A stretch of 64,000 nucleotides of DNA. Source: Candidatus Omnitrophota bacterium. GTDB lineage: Bacteria; Omnitrophota; Gorgyraeia; Zapsychrales; JAHFFX01. Below, one piece after another: positions 45,972-56,700 of the stretch (position 1 is its first letter; each line of letters starts with the position of its first letter). The position numbers and the translations under genes were made by a program. Under the pieces are notes generated by a model. That model worked only from the letters and a program-made list of their open reading frames with translations. It made no database searches and was not told where the DNA came from. The DNA lies in the NCBI GenBank assembly GCA_023247725.1, contig JAHFFW010000013.1, forward strand, positions 1,031-65,030. Direction: 5' to 3'.

Positions 45972-46712
45972 TTACGATAGAAATTTTTCCGATTTTAACC
46001 GCCGCTCCAAATGAAACACCAGAAAGTTATTCAAAATAAACTTCAGCTCCTTGCGGATTCCTTCTCCCAATCCCAGACATAAACATTTAGTCCAATCATT
46101 CCGCTCGATAAACAGTAACGACGCCACCGTGCCCTGAGAAACCAGACTGGTCGTTTCATCCTGAACCGGACAAGTCAGACAAATGAGCCCGCCGGACTTG
46201 GAACTGAATCGGGCCCTTGTCGTTATTTTTTTTCCGCAGACAAGGCAGGAATCCAGATGCGGTTTAAAACCCGAAAGTAAAAGGATTTTGATCTGAAAAA
46301 TGTGCACCAGCTTGCTGATATCGGGGGCTGTTTCCAACCCCGTCAAAAAGTTCACCATCAATTCGTAAACCTCCGGATGACTCTCCTCCATCGGCATCAT
46401 GGCATCCACCAATTCCAATATATAAGTCGTGGCTAGCGTCTTTTTGAGATCCTGACGGATCGGAAAAAAGAATGCCTTTAAATCGCATTGGCTCACCAGA
46501 TGGATTTCAGAAGAGCGGGATTGATAATACACCACATCATTCACCGAAAATTTGTCAAGGTTGCTTCCGAATTTCCGGTGATCTTTACGGATTCCTTTCA
46601 GAATCCCTTTGATTTTTCCCCGATCGCGCGTAAAAAAGGTGGCGATCCGGCTGGTTTCGCGAAAGTCAAAGGATTTCAAAACAATGCCCTGGGTGTGGAT
46701 GATCATCGCCAC
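45972..46712 (-). CDS. recO: DNA repair protein RecO
   Basis: N-terminal OB fold plus C-terminal Cys4 zinc motif (CLVCGKK...CLTCP). Confidence 0.85.
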   Translation of the reverse strand: MAMIIHTQGIVLKSFDFRETSRIATFFTRDRGKIKGILKGIRKDHRKFGSNLDKFSVNDVVYYQSRSSEIHLVSQCDLKAFFFPIRQDLKKTLATTYILELVDAMMPMEESHPEVYELMVNFLTGLETAPDISKLVHIFQIKILLLSGFKPHLDSCLVCGKKITTRARFSSKSGGLICLTCPVQDETTSLVSQGTVASLLFIERNDWTKCLCLGLGEGIRKELKFILNNFLVFHLERRLKSEKFLS

Positions 46713-47131
46713 AACGCTTGTAAATGTTCTTGCTCCCGATGGCGCATGCGTTTGATTTCCCCTGGGGAATGATCCTCATAACCCCGCAAATGCAAGATGC
46801 CATGGATGACATAAAGAAGGATCTCGCGCTCGATGGGGTGGTTGAACCGCCGGGAATTCACCAGCGCCCGTTCAGCGGAAATAATGATCTCGCCTTTTAA
46901 CGTGGAACGCGGCAAGCCCCTTTCATTGAGGTCAAAGGCAAGGACATCGGTGGATCGGTCTTTTTTAAGGAAACGGCGATTGAGCTGGCGGATGATTCGG
47001 TCGGTGACAAAGACGAGGCTTAAATTCGCTTGGCGAACGCCTTCCCTTTCAAGGATTTTTTTTACGCGGCGCTGGATTGGGGCGGGATTTAGCGAGATTT
47101 TCTTCTGCCGGTTGACGATGGTGATTGTCAT
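46703..47131 (-). CDS. ybeY: Endoribonuclease YbeY (ORF extends to 47287; likely start MTITIVNRQ)
   Basis: HGILHLRGYEDH zinc-binding motif. Confidence 0.85.
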   Translation of the reverse strand: MTITIVNRQKKISLNPAPIQRRVKKILEREGVRQANLSLVFVTDRIIRQLNRRFLKKDRSTDVLAFDLNERGLPRSTLKGEIIISAERALVNSRRFNHPIEREILLYVIHGILHLRGYEDHSPGEIKRMRHREQEHLQALWR

Positions 47132-48551
47132 GATCGTCTTTCTTTTCTGGATATTTGACTCGGGCATGGTGCATGGCCGACAGGACACGGATAAACGTGG
47201 ACGAAATTTTTTCAATGTCTTTGAGGGTGAGATTGCACTCATCGAGCTGACCGTCAATAAAACGGTTGTTGATGATTTTGCGCACAACCTCGCCGATCTT
47301 TAAGGGCGTCGGTTCATCCAGCGCGCGGGTGGCGCCTTCCACGGAATCCGCTAGCATAATGAGGGCCGCCTCCTTCGTTTGCGGTTTGGGTCCGGGATAA
47401 CGAAAATTTTCTTGCTGAATCTCCTCTCCCTCCTGGCGCTCCTCGAGAGCTTTTTGATAAAAATAATGGATGAGACCGGTCCCGTGGTGCTGCGGGATAA
47501 AATCCAGGATGATCGGATTCAATTTGTAGCGCCGGCCCAGCTCCACTCCCTCTTTGACATGATTCAAAATCACCAACCGGCTCATCGATGGTTCCAGATG
47601 ATCGTGTTTGTTTCCCGAATGCAATTGATTCTCGGTGAAATATTCGGGCTTGAGCATCTTGCCAATGTCATGATAATAAGCCCCCACCCTCGCCAAAAGG
47701 GCGTTGGCGCCAATGGCCTCGGCCGCGGCCTCGGCGAGATTGCTCACCAAAAGACTGTGATGATAGGTTCCGGGCGCCTCGAGAATCATTCTTCTTAATA
47801 AGGGATGATTGAAGTCAGAAAGCTCGATCAGGCTGAAATTCGTGAGCACGCCAAAAAGCCATTCGAAGACCTTGGAGGTGTTCATCACAATAAAAACTGC
47901 AATGAAACCATTCAAAAAGAACGGTTGAATATCATTGCTAAAAAACTGCACGAGAAAAAACTTCTCTCTCGGCAGATAAAGGAGCGATTCCCAATTCAAA
48001 AGCAGGGAACAGACAACCTGCACGAGCCCGGTATAAAAACCGGCATTGATGAGTTGGCCCCGATTGCGGGCATCCCGGATGGCATACATTCCGACGAGGC
48101 TTCCCACGAATGAAATGAGCGCCAGGTCAAAATCATTTTTTGCGAGCAATCCCACGAGGGTGCTGGAAACAAAGGCCAGCAAAAATCCAACCTGCAGGTC
48201 GTTGAAAAAAAGGATGGTGAGCATCGGAATCGTAGCGACGGGGATATAGTATTTGGCCACATCGGGGCCATTGAGAAGGGCATAATAACTTCCCGCCCAC
48301 AGGATCGCGACCAAAAGTCCCAGTTGCAAAAGGAATCTTCGGCTGGCCTTTTTGGTGAGAAACAGGTGAATGGACAAAATCAAAAAAAGGACCGGAATAA
48401 TGAGGGAGAAATGGCCAACGTAACAAAACGCGAACAGCCCGGCGATCACCAAAAAGGTGATCAGGCTATTCAGCCAGGGATGAGGGATTTTTGCTGATGT
48501 TTCCATAGGCCTCGATGATTTTTTGCACGAGCTCGTGACGCACGACATCAT
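47049..48551 (-). CDS. 7TM receptor with intracellular HD-hydrolase domain (PgpH-like; true start probably internal, e.g. METSAK)
   Basis: Seven TM helices then HD domain (HHSLLVSNLAE...YYHDIGK); conserved phoH-pgpH-ybeY gene order. Confidence 0.75.
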   Translation of the reverse strand: MMSCVTSSCKKSSRPMETSAKIPHPWLNSLITFLVIAGLFAFCYVGHFSLIIPVLFLILSIHLFLTKKASRRFLLQLGLLVAILWAGSYYALLNGPDVAKYYIPVATIPMLTILFFNDLQVGFLLAFVSSTLVGLLAKNDFDLALISFVGSLVGMYAIRDARNRGQLINAGFYTGLVQVVCSLLLNWESLLYLPREKFFLVQFFSNDIQPFFLNGFIAVFIVMNTSKVFEWLFGVLTNFSLIELSDFNHPLLRRMILEAPGTYHHSLLVSNLAEAAAEAIGANALLARVGAYYHDIGKMLKPEYFTENQLHSGNKHDHLEPSMSRLVILNHVKEGVELGRRYKLNPIILDFIPQHHGTGLIHYFYQKALEERQEGEEIQQENFRYPGPKPQTKEAALIMLADSVEGATRALDEPTPLKIGEVVRKIINNRFIDGQLDECNLTLKDIEKISSTFIRVLSAMHHARVKYPEKKDDHDNHHRQPAEENLAKSRPNPAPRKKNP

Positions 48552-49437
48552 TGCGAGTCAGATAAACAAACTTAATCCCTTCGATTCCTTGGAGAACCTT
48601 TTGCGCGTCGATGAGACCAATAGGTTCCCCTTCGGGTAAATCGCTTTGAGTGATATCGCCGGTGATCACGGTCTTCGAATCGAATCCCAAACGGGTCAAA
48701 AACATTTTCATTTGATAGGGCGTGCTGTTCTGAGCCTCGTCGAGAATAATAAAGGCATCATTGAGGGTGCGTCCGCGCATATAGGCGAGGGGGGCGACTT
48801 CGATAATTCCTTTTTCCGTGTATTGTTCAACCTTTTCGGCCTCCATCATATCGTAGAGGGCATCATAGAGTGGCCGCAGATAAGGCAAAACCTTTTCGAC
48901 CATATCGCCGGGCAAAAATCCTAAATTCTCGCCGGCTTCAATCGCCGGGCGAGTGAGGATAATGCGCCGCACGAGGCCTTTTTTCAGGGCATTGACCGCC
49001 ATGGCCATGGCGAGATACGTTTTGCCGGTGCCGGCCGGGCCAATTCCAAAAACAATATCATACTGTTTGATCGCTTCAACGTATTCGATCTGGCCTTTGG
49101 TTTTAGGGATCACCAATCCGCCTTTGACCGAAACATCGATTTTTTCTTTGGCCAAACGCCGCAGATCGACCCCCTGATCCTTATCATCGGCCAAACGCAA
49201 GGCATAAACGATGTCGCGTTTTTTGACATCGCGGCCGCTGTCGACGATGTTTTGCAAATAAACCAACAGCTCGTTAACCTTCTTCAGCTGTTCGTCGGTT
49301 CCGGAGATCTTGAGTCCGTTGCCATTGCGGTTAATTCGAACCTGCAGCTCGTCCTCAATCAGCTTGAGGTTCTGATCATATTTTCCGAACAATAACTGAA
49401 GATCCTTGTTATCGGCAAATTCAAAATTCTTATCCAT
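48466..49437 (-). CDS. phoH: PhoH-family ATPase
   Basis: Walker A GPAGTGKTYLAMAMAV, full-length PhoH similarity. Confidence 0.9.
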   Translation of the reverse strand: MDKNFEFADNKDLQLLFGKYDQNLKLIEDELQVRINRNGNGLKISGTDEQLKKVNELLVYLQNIVDSGRDVKKRDIVYALRLADDKDQGVDLRRLAKEKIDVSVKGGLVIPKTKGQIEYVEAIKQYDIVFGIGPAGTGKTYLAMAMAVNALKKGLVRRIILTRPAIEAGENLGFLPGDMVEKVLPYLRPLYDALYDMMEAEKVEQYTEKGIIEVAPLAYMRGRTLNDAFIILDEAQNSTPYQMKMFLTRLGFDSKTVITGDITQSDLPEGEPIGLIDAQKVLQGIEGIKFVYLTRNDVVRHELVQKIIEAYGNISKNPSSLAE

Positions 49438-49560
49438 GAATTTATTCTTTGAATCCTTTCTCCTATTCCGCGCCCCGCTGTGGGGTGGGGCTTCGCAGAG
49501 ATCGCAGCGAAATTCAACGCGAAAGCAATGGAACGAAGGCGGACAAAAGAACCAGTTCTA

Positions 49561-50109
49561 TTACTTTTGCGAAGGAGAATAGATCGCCGGAATCGTAATC
49601 ACAATCCCCGGCTTGATGCGGTTAGGATCCGCAATCTTAGCTTTATTCGCTTCATAAATTTTCGTCCATTTGCTGTAGGAATGATAAAATTTCTTGGAAA
49701 TGGACTGCAGGGTATCATCCTTTTCCACTTTATACTGCGTCGGCAATTGCAAGGCACTTTCCGGTTCGGCCGTCGGATGAGGGGCTGTTTTGGCAAAATT
49801 CATGGGTTCTGGATTTTCCTGGGTGGGTTCCTCTTTGACCGCGGCGGTCTCCGGTTCTTCATAGGTTTGGCTCGAAACATTCACTTCTTTCGTTTTCTTG
49901 GCGGCGACATCGCGTTCATTGATCACTTCCAAAACCAGATGTTTGCGAGTTTTTTTGCGATGTTCGGTATCGGATCCCGGCGGCAATTCCTGATCGACGC
50001 GCGGTTGATCGACGCTGTACAAATGCAGCCGATGACTACAACCCGCCGATAGCCCGCTTAAAGCCAGCACCATGATGACCCTGTTTAGAAACTTACGCTC
50101 CATTGTCAA
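49561..50109 (-). CDS. Lipoprotein with C-terminal LysM domain
   Basis: Lipobox LSAGC; C-terminal YKVEKDDTLQSISKKFY...IKPGIVITIP is a LysM. Confidence 0.7.
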   Translation of the reverse strand: MTMERKFLNRVIMVLALSGLSAGCSHRLHLYSVDQPRVDQELPPGSDTEHRKKTRKHLVLEVINERDVAAKKTKEVNVSSQTYEEPETAAVKEEPTQENPEPMNFAKTAPHPTAEPESALQLPTQYKVEKDDTLQSISKKFYHSYSKWTKIYEANKAKIADPNRIKPGIVITIPAIYSPSQK

Positions 50110-51500
50110 CCTCCTTTGCGGACGGTTAAAAGACCCAATTCTTTGAGTTGTTTGCTATCGACCACAGAGGGCGCATCCGTCAATGGGCAATGGCCGCTCT
50201 GGGTTTTGGGGAATGCCATCGTGTCCCGAATGGAATCCAGCCCCGCCAAAATCGCCACCAACCGATCCACGCCATAGGCCACACCGCCATGCGGAGGTGC
50301 GCCATATTGAAACGCCTTCAAAAGAAATCCAAAACGCCTGTGAGCTTCGTCTGAATCCAATCCCAGAATCGTAAAAATCTTTTGCTGCATCTGGCTATCA
50401 TGAATACGAATGGACCCGCTGCCGATTTCATTGCCGTTTAAAACCAGATCGTAGGATCGGGCTCGCACCTTGCCGAGATCCCCTTGCTGAAAGGCTTCCA
50501 TATCGTCGGGTTTGACCGATGTGAAGGGATGATGTTCGCTGTCCCAGCGTTTTTCTTCTTCATTGTATTTAAAAAGCGGAAAGTCCACAATCCAGACAAA
50601 GGCAAATTCTTGATTCCATTCTTTTCGTAAATCGGGCTTGTCGCTTTTGTATTGGGCCATTGCCTGCGCGTGCGTCATGCGGGGAAAGGGGATTTCCAGG
50701 TCGATGGCTTTGATCGCTTTAAAAATTTTTTTGAACATCCGCTCGGTTAACCCAAAAATATCCTCTTCCTCAATAAAGGACATCTCCATATCAATCTGGG
50801 TGAATTCCGGCTGACGATCCGCCCGCAGATCCTCATCACGAAAACACTTCACGATTTGATAATAACGGTCCATGCCGGCAACCATGAGGATCTGTTTGAA
50901 TAATTGCGGGGATTGAGGCAGGGCAAAAAATTCTCCCGGGCTAAGCCGCGACGGCACCAAAAAATCCCGCGCCCCTTCGGGCGTGGACTTGGTCAGGACG
51001 GGTGTTTCCACTTCCAGAAAACCCTCTTCATATAAAAAATTGCGAATCCCCCGGCACAGGTTGTGGCGAAGGAATAAGGCCTGCGCAACTTTTTGCCGGC
51101 GCAGATCGAGATAACGGTAGGCCAGACGGTTTTCCTCGGCGACTTCGATCGTGTCATCAATTTCAAACACCGGAACCTTTGCCGGATTGAGAATCTCTAA
51201 GGCGGTCGCGGCGAGTTCCACCTCACCGGTCGGGATATTGGGATTGATATTATTTTGCGGCCGCAAACCGACCTTGCCCCTGATCTTTACAACGTATTCC
51301 GGCCCGAGCTTGGATGCTTCCTGGTGAGCGTCTTTGGAGATGGATGGAATAAACACGACTTGCGTGACACCGTAACGATCCCGGACGTCAATAAAAATCA
51401 ACTTTCCATGATCCCGGCGTCGATGCACCCAGCCGCAGATGGTGGCTTCCTGATCTTTATGATCTTTATTGAGTTCGCCGCAGGTGTGGGTTCGGAGCAT
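50106..51500 (-). CDS. aspS: Aspartate--tRNA ligase, archaeal/eukaryal (type 2, no GAD insertion); ORF from 51518, canonical start MLRTHTCGEL
   Basis: N-terminal OB anticodon-binding domain, class II motifs, about 465 aa without GAD domain. Confidence 0.9.
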   Translation of the reverse strand: MLRTHTCGELNKDHKDQEATICGWVHRRRDHGKLIFIDVRDRYGVTQVVFIPSISKDAHQEASKLGPEYVVKIRGKVGLRPQNNINPNIPTGEVELAATALEILNPAKVPVFEIDDTIEVAEENRLAYRYLDLRRQKVAQALFLRHNLCRGIRNFLYEEGFLEVETPVLTKSTPEGARDFLVPSRLSPGEFFALPQSPQLFKQILMVAGMDRYYQIVKCFRDEDLRADRQPEFTQIDMEMSFIEEEDIFGLTERMFKKIFKAIKAIDLEIPFPRMTHAQAMAQYKSDKPDLRKEWNQEFAFVWIVDFPLFKYNEEEKRWDSEHHPFTSVKPDDMEAFQQGDLGKVRARSYDLVLNGNEIGSGSIRIHDSQMQQKIFTILGLDSDEAHRRFGFLLKAFQYGAPPHGGVAYGVDRLVAILAGLDSIRDTMAFPKTQSGHCPLTDAPSVVDSKQLKELGLLTVRKGG

Positions 51501-51506
51501 GTGTGA

Positions 51507-51692
51507 GTAACCTTTCAAGTCACAAGGTCACATGTCACAAGTCAATTTCTTGTGTGCCTGCTTTCCTTAAAGTTATCACAAAATATTTAAGGGCAAGCTA
51601 GGATTACCCCGGTTTCCTCTTTACACACAAGATGCAATAAAAGGAAAACCGGAATGACCTGTGACTTTGTGACTGGTGACTCTTTGACATTT
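51507..51692. repeat. aspS leader bracketed by inverted heptamer arrays: GTCACAAG-GTCACATG-TCACAAG (51511-51540) and TGTGACTT-TGTGACTGG-TGACTCTT-TGACA (51658-51690), each with about 8-nt period, plus inner inverted pair CTTGTGTG / CACACAAG
   Basis: Seen directly. Confidence 0.5.
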
Positions 51693-51704
51693 TAATAAAA
51701 CGTG

Positions 51705-53024
51705 TCAGGACTTAACACTTGACACTTTATTGAACTCAGCCGCCAGCTTGGATTGCGGGACCTTGCGCTGCTCTCCCGAGGCCATATTCTTAAGCGTTAC
51801 GATGTCCTCTTTGAGTTCATCTTCGCCGATGATTATAACATAACGCGCGCCGGATTTATCGGCGGCACGCATCTGGCTTTTCATGGAGCCGCGGGTGTGA
51901 TTCATATCGGCGGCGATTTCCTTCCGGCGAAGTTCATTGAGCAACTCGAAGGCCGCCGTATAGGCCTTCGTTTCCTCTTCCTTATCCAAAGAAACAATAA
52001 ACGCATCCAATTTTGTCACTCGTCCCTCGTCTCTCGTCTCTCCTCCTCCCACCGCCAAAAGGATCCGCTCAATTCCCAAGGCAAAACCCATCCCGCCAAT
52101 GTCTTTGGGCCCGCCGAGTTGGGCCACAAGATCATTGTAGCGACCGCCGGCGCCAAGCGCATCCTGGCTTCCCAGCCCGGCGTGGGAAATTTCAAAAACC
52201 GTATGCGTGTAATAATCCAACCCGCGCACCAAATGCGGGGAAACGGTATGCGCCACCCCCCATAAATCCAGTGCCGCGCGAACTTTCTGAAAATATTCTT
52301 TGCTTGGCGGGGATAAATGAGCGTCTCCCAACTCCAGCCTTGCGACCACGGCTCGGCATTCTTTATTCTTGCAATCCAGAATGCGGAACACATTGCGCTC
52401 AAAGCGGGCCTGGCATTCGGGGCACAAATTTCTGACGTCCTTTTTCAACCGTTCCCGCAAAATGGAAGAAAGATTCTTTTTATCTTCATGAGAACCGAGG
52501 CTGTTGATCTTGAGACGGAATCCTTCCACACCAAAACCCTCCAACAGCCGGATGCTTAAGGCCATCGCCTCTGCGTCGAGAAAAGGTTGAAAGGAATGAA
52601 GACCAATCAGCTCCACGCCAACCTGATGAAACTGGCGTAAGCGGCCTCTTTGCGGTCGTTCCCCTCGAAACATAGGGCCAAAATAATATAACTTCGAAAG
52701 GCCTTCTTTTTTATCCAGATGATGTTCAATATAAGCCCGGACGATGGGAGCCGTGCCCTCGGGTCGCAGCGAATACGATTCCCCATCGGGGACCGTATCC
52801 TCGGTTCGTGATTTTAACTCGAGCAATTGCTTGGTCACCACATCGCTCGCTGGGCCTAACGATCGTTTAAAAAGACCGGTGTCCTCAAAAATAGGAGTGC
52901 GGATTTCCTCATAACCGTAAAGGCGCATGAGGGTGCGGGCCTTGTCTTCCAAATTCTGCCAACGAAAAATTTCGTCTGGGAGGATATCATTGGTACCGCG
53001 GGGAATGGAAATTTTTTGACTCAT
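51705..53024 (-). CDS. hisS: Histidine--tRNA ligase
   Basis: Class II HisRS motifs, C-terminal anticodon-binding domain. Confidence 0.9.
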   Translation of the reverse strand: MSQKISIPRGTNDILPDEIFRWQNLEDKARTLMRLYGYEEIRTPIFEDTGLFKRSLGPASDVVTKQLLELKSRTEDTVPDGESYSLRPEGTAPIVRAYIEHHLDKKEGLSKLYYFGPMFRGERPQRGRLRQFHQVGVELIGLHSFQPFLDAEAMALSIRLLEGFGVEGFRLKINSLGSHEDKKNLSSILRERLKKDVRNLCPECQARFERNVFRILDCKNKECRAVVARLELGDAHLSPPSKEYFQKVRAALDLWGVAHTVSPHLVRGLDYYTHTVFEISHAGLGSQDALGAGGRYNDLVAQLGGPKDIGGMGFALGIERILLAVGGGETRDEGRVTKLDAFIVSLDKEEETKAYTAAFELLNELRRKEIAADMNHTRGSMKSQMRAADKSGARYVIIIGEDELKEDIVTLKNMASGEQRKVPQSKLAAEFNKVSSVKS

Positions 53025-53107
53025 GAATCGTTTGATTGCGGATGACCCGTCTTCGCCGAATGATTATCGCGTTCGGCTTCGTCGGGCATTCTTTAGCCTA
53101 TTTAGTC

Positions 53108-53155
53108 GGAAAGGGCGTCTTTTGCTACCCGTCGGTAGCAAAAGACGCCCTTTCC
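53108..53155. other. Perfect 22-bp stem hairpin (GGAAAGGGCGTCTTTTGCTACC / GGTAGCAAAAGACGCCCTTTCC, loop CGTC) between hup and hisS; no U-tract
   Basis: Seen directly. Confidence 0.5.
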
Positions 53156-53186
53156 GGGAACTTCCTTTGCTGGGCTTGCGGCTATT

Positions 53187-53459
53187 TTACTTAATCCTCT
53201 GTTTCATTTCAAGACCCGGTTTGAAAACGACCACCTTGCGGGGTGGGACTGGAACGCTTTGTCCGGTCCGAGGATTGCGGCCAAATCGGGCCCGGCGTTC
53301 CTTGATTTTGAAAACGCCGAAGTTCCTCAACTCAACCTTTTCGTTGCGCAGTAAACTATCCACAATCACGTCAAAGGTTTTTTGGACAATCCGTTTGACA
53401 TCGACCTGCTTGATGCCCGTCATGTCCGTAATTTTCAATACAATGTCTTTCTTGGTCAT
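53187..53459 (-). CDS. hup: DNA-binding protein HU/IHF family
   Basis: 90 aa; RNFGVFKIKERRARFGRNPRTGQSV arm motif. Confidence 0.9.
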   Translation of the reverse strand: MTKKDIVLKITDMTGIKQVDVKRIVQKTFDVIVDSLLRNEKVELRNFGVFKIKERRARFGRNPRTGQSVPVPPRKVVVFKPGLEMKQRIK

Positions 53460-53775
53460 TGACCTTTACCTCCAGGGATTCACGTCACCCAAGTTGTCTT
53501 GACTAACAGGCCCTTAAAGTCCTGTTTTATCTTACCCTAGTTGCCTTTCAAGGTAAGCCGGCTTTGAGCCGTGTGAGAAGAGAAAAAGTTCAGCTCCTTT
53601 GAATATGATTAGTCTTTTTTACCTTCGATTGATTATTGTCAAGGAACTTGACTTTTCTCTATCTAAAGCATGGCCAAATACATAGACCAAGTATAGTGAA
53701 CCTTAGGGATTTCTGTCAAGTGAAAATTCCTCGCATCCCTTTGATTATCTGAATTTTATCAATAGGAAACGACTT

Positions 53776-56700
53776 TTACACCTTGAGGGAAAAACGGTCT
53801 TCGCCGATCATTTCTTTGAGTTCATCGAGAAGATTTTCAGTCGGAGCCACAAAAAGGTCTTCACCAACAAGGATTTGGACGCTTTTATAGGCCTTGGTGT
53901 CGAGGCTTAAATAGACCGGAACTTTTCCCGGATAACCGGCGAGTTTTTCTTTTAAACTGCGCAGACCTTCTTGTCCCAGACGCGACAAATCGACATTAAT
54001 GGCTTTGATGGACTTGTAGGCCTGTCCAATGGGCCGCACATCGCTGGCAATGAGCCGGGGGACATCTTCCTTGAGGCTCAGCCGACCTTTGACTAAAACC
54101 ACCTCTCCTTCCTTAAGGTCATTGGCCACGGCCGGATAAGCGGAAGGAAAAACCAGAACTTCAATTTCCCCGTCGAGATCTTCCAGCCGGCAGATGGCCA
54201 TGCGCTCGTTGGTTCTTTTGGTCATGGTCAATTTCACGCTATTCAATAATCCGACCAACCGGATCTCTTGGCCATCGGAGGCGGAACGAAGTTTACCGGA
54301 GGAATGATCGGCAAATTCCTTGATCTCGATTTTGTAATGGGCCAGCGGGTGTCCACTAATATAGTAACCGAGGACTTCTTTTTCGAACGCCAGGATTTGG
54401 GCCTGCGGCCATTCTTTGATATCCGGCAGGACGGTCGCTGCTTTTTCGAATCCATTGTTTTGTGCCAAATCAAAAAAAGAAAATTGTCCCGCGGCCTTCT
54501 CTTTTTGCGATTGAGTCCCGCGCTCCAGCGCCTGATCCATCATGGCGATGAGCTGAGAACGACGACACCCAAAACAGTCCAAGGCCCCGCATTTGATGAG
54601 GCTCTCAATAACCTTTCGGTTGCACAATCGCAAATCGACCCGATTGCAAAAATCAAACAGAGATTGATAAAATCCCTCTTGCCTTCTTTTCTCGACGATG
54701 GATTCAATGGCGGTGGCGCCCACATTCTTGACCGCAATAAGCCCGAAGCGGATGGTTTTTTCATCCACGACGGAAAATTCGGTCAGGCTGTGATTGAGGT
54801 CCGGAGGCAGAACTCTTAATCCCATGGCCTGCGCTTCTTTCACATACTCAACCACTTTATCGGTATTATCTTTCTCACTGGTCAAAAGCGCGCACATGAA
54901 CTCCACCGGATAATTGGCCTTGAGATAAGCGGTTCGATAAGTGATGAGGGCGTAGGCCGCGCTATGGCTTTTGTTAAATCCGTAGCCGGAGAAATAGTCA
55001 ATGAGATCAAATATTTTATTGGCCAGTTCCTCTTTGATCTTATTGGTTTTTTGACAGCCATCGACAAAGGCCTTGCGCATCTTGTCCATTTCTTCCGGAT
55101 TCTTTTTACTCATCGCGCGCCGCAAATGGTCGGCTTGAGTCATGGAAAATCCGGCGAGGACGCTCGCGATCTGCATGACCTGCTCCTGGTAAACGATGAT
55201 GCCGTAGGTTTCTTTCAAAAGCGATTCTAGCTTGGGATGATCATACTTGACCTGGATCTCACCTTTCTTGCGTTTGATGAAATCGTCGAGCATGCCAGAA
55301 CCGATAGGTCCAGGCCGATACAAGGCCAGAATGGAGATCACATCTTCAAACTGTGAGGGTCGAATCCGTTTTAAAAGATCCCGCATGCCGGAACTTTCAA
55401 GCTGGAAAATTCCAAAACTGTTGGCCTGGCTCAAGAGCGCATAGGTCTTTTTATCGTCGATGGAAATTTTGTTGATATCCACCTCAATATTGCGATACCG
55501 GCGGATCAATTTAATCGTTTCGCTGATGACCGTCAGGGTTCGCAAGCCCAGAAAATCCATTTTAAGGAGCCCGATCTTGGCAATGCCGTCCATGGCGTAG
55601 CCTGTGGTGATCTGGCCATCGCTCGTTTTGAACAAGGGAACATATTCGGTCAACGGCTTGTCGGAAATGACCACACCCGCGGCATGAATCGAGGCGTGCC
55701 GGCTTAGGCCCTCGAGAACCCTGGCGGTGTTGATGAGATTGGCGGTTTTTTCCTCTTGCTGATAAAGCTGCAAGAGCTGCGGTTCAATTTTCAGGGATTC
55801 GGAGAGCGTCATATCGGGGGTCCCCGGGATCAACTTGGCGATTTTATCCACGTCGGAGTATGGCAATCCCATCACCCGGCCGACATCACGGATGGCCGCG
55901 CGCGCCTGCATGGAACCGAAGGTGATGATCTGGGCCACATTGTCTTTTCCATATTTATTGGTCACGTATTCGATGACCTCGGAGCGGCGTTCGAAACAAA
56001 AATCGATGTCGATGTCCGGCATGCCTAATCGTTCGGGATTAAGGAAGCGTTCAAAAAGCAATCCGTATTTCAAGGGATCCAGATCCGTGATCCCCAAAAG
56101 ATAACTCACCAGACTCCCGGCCGCCGATCCCCGCCCTGGCCCGACGGGAATTCCCTTCTGCTTGGCATAATGAATAAAATCCCAGACGATCAAAAAGTAG
56201 CCTTCGAATCCCATTTTATGAATGACCCCGAGCTCATGATCGAGGCGCTCATTGACCTCAAAGGTGGGAGTGCCGTAGCGATCTTTGATTCCTTGCAGGC
56301 ACAGCTCGCGCAAATATTCTTCCTTGGTTGCCCCGACGGGCATTTCATATCGGGGCAGATGAAGCTCGTTGAATTGCAATTCCAGATTGCATTTATCGGC
56401 GATCTCGAGGGTATTTCGAATTGCCTCCGGATTCGCCGAGAACATCTTCTTCATAAGGGCGGGGTCTTTGAAATAGAATTGGTCGGTTTTGAGCCGCATA
56501 CGATTGGGGTCATCGAGGGTCGTCTGCGTTTGGATACACAAAAGCGCCTCGTGAGCCAGAGACTGTGATTGTTCGAGGTAGTGGATGTCATTGGTCGCGA
56601 CGACCGGAAGCTTTAAATCCGCGGAAATCTTGAGGAGCCCCTCGTTGACGATTTTCTGATCGGGCAAATCGTGCTCCATGAGTTCCAAATAAAAATTGCC

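Noticed and set aside
51501-51704. T-box riboswitch in the aspS leader
   Set aside because: No T-box core sequence (AATTAGGGTGGNACCGCG) and no specifier-loop architecture; the repeats are heptamer arrays instead.
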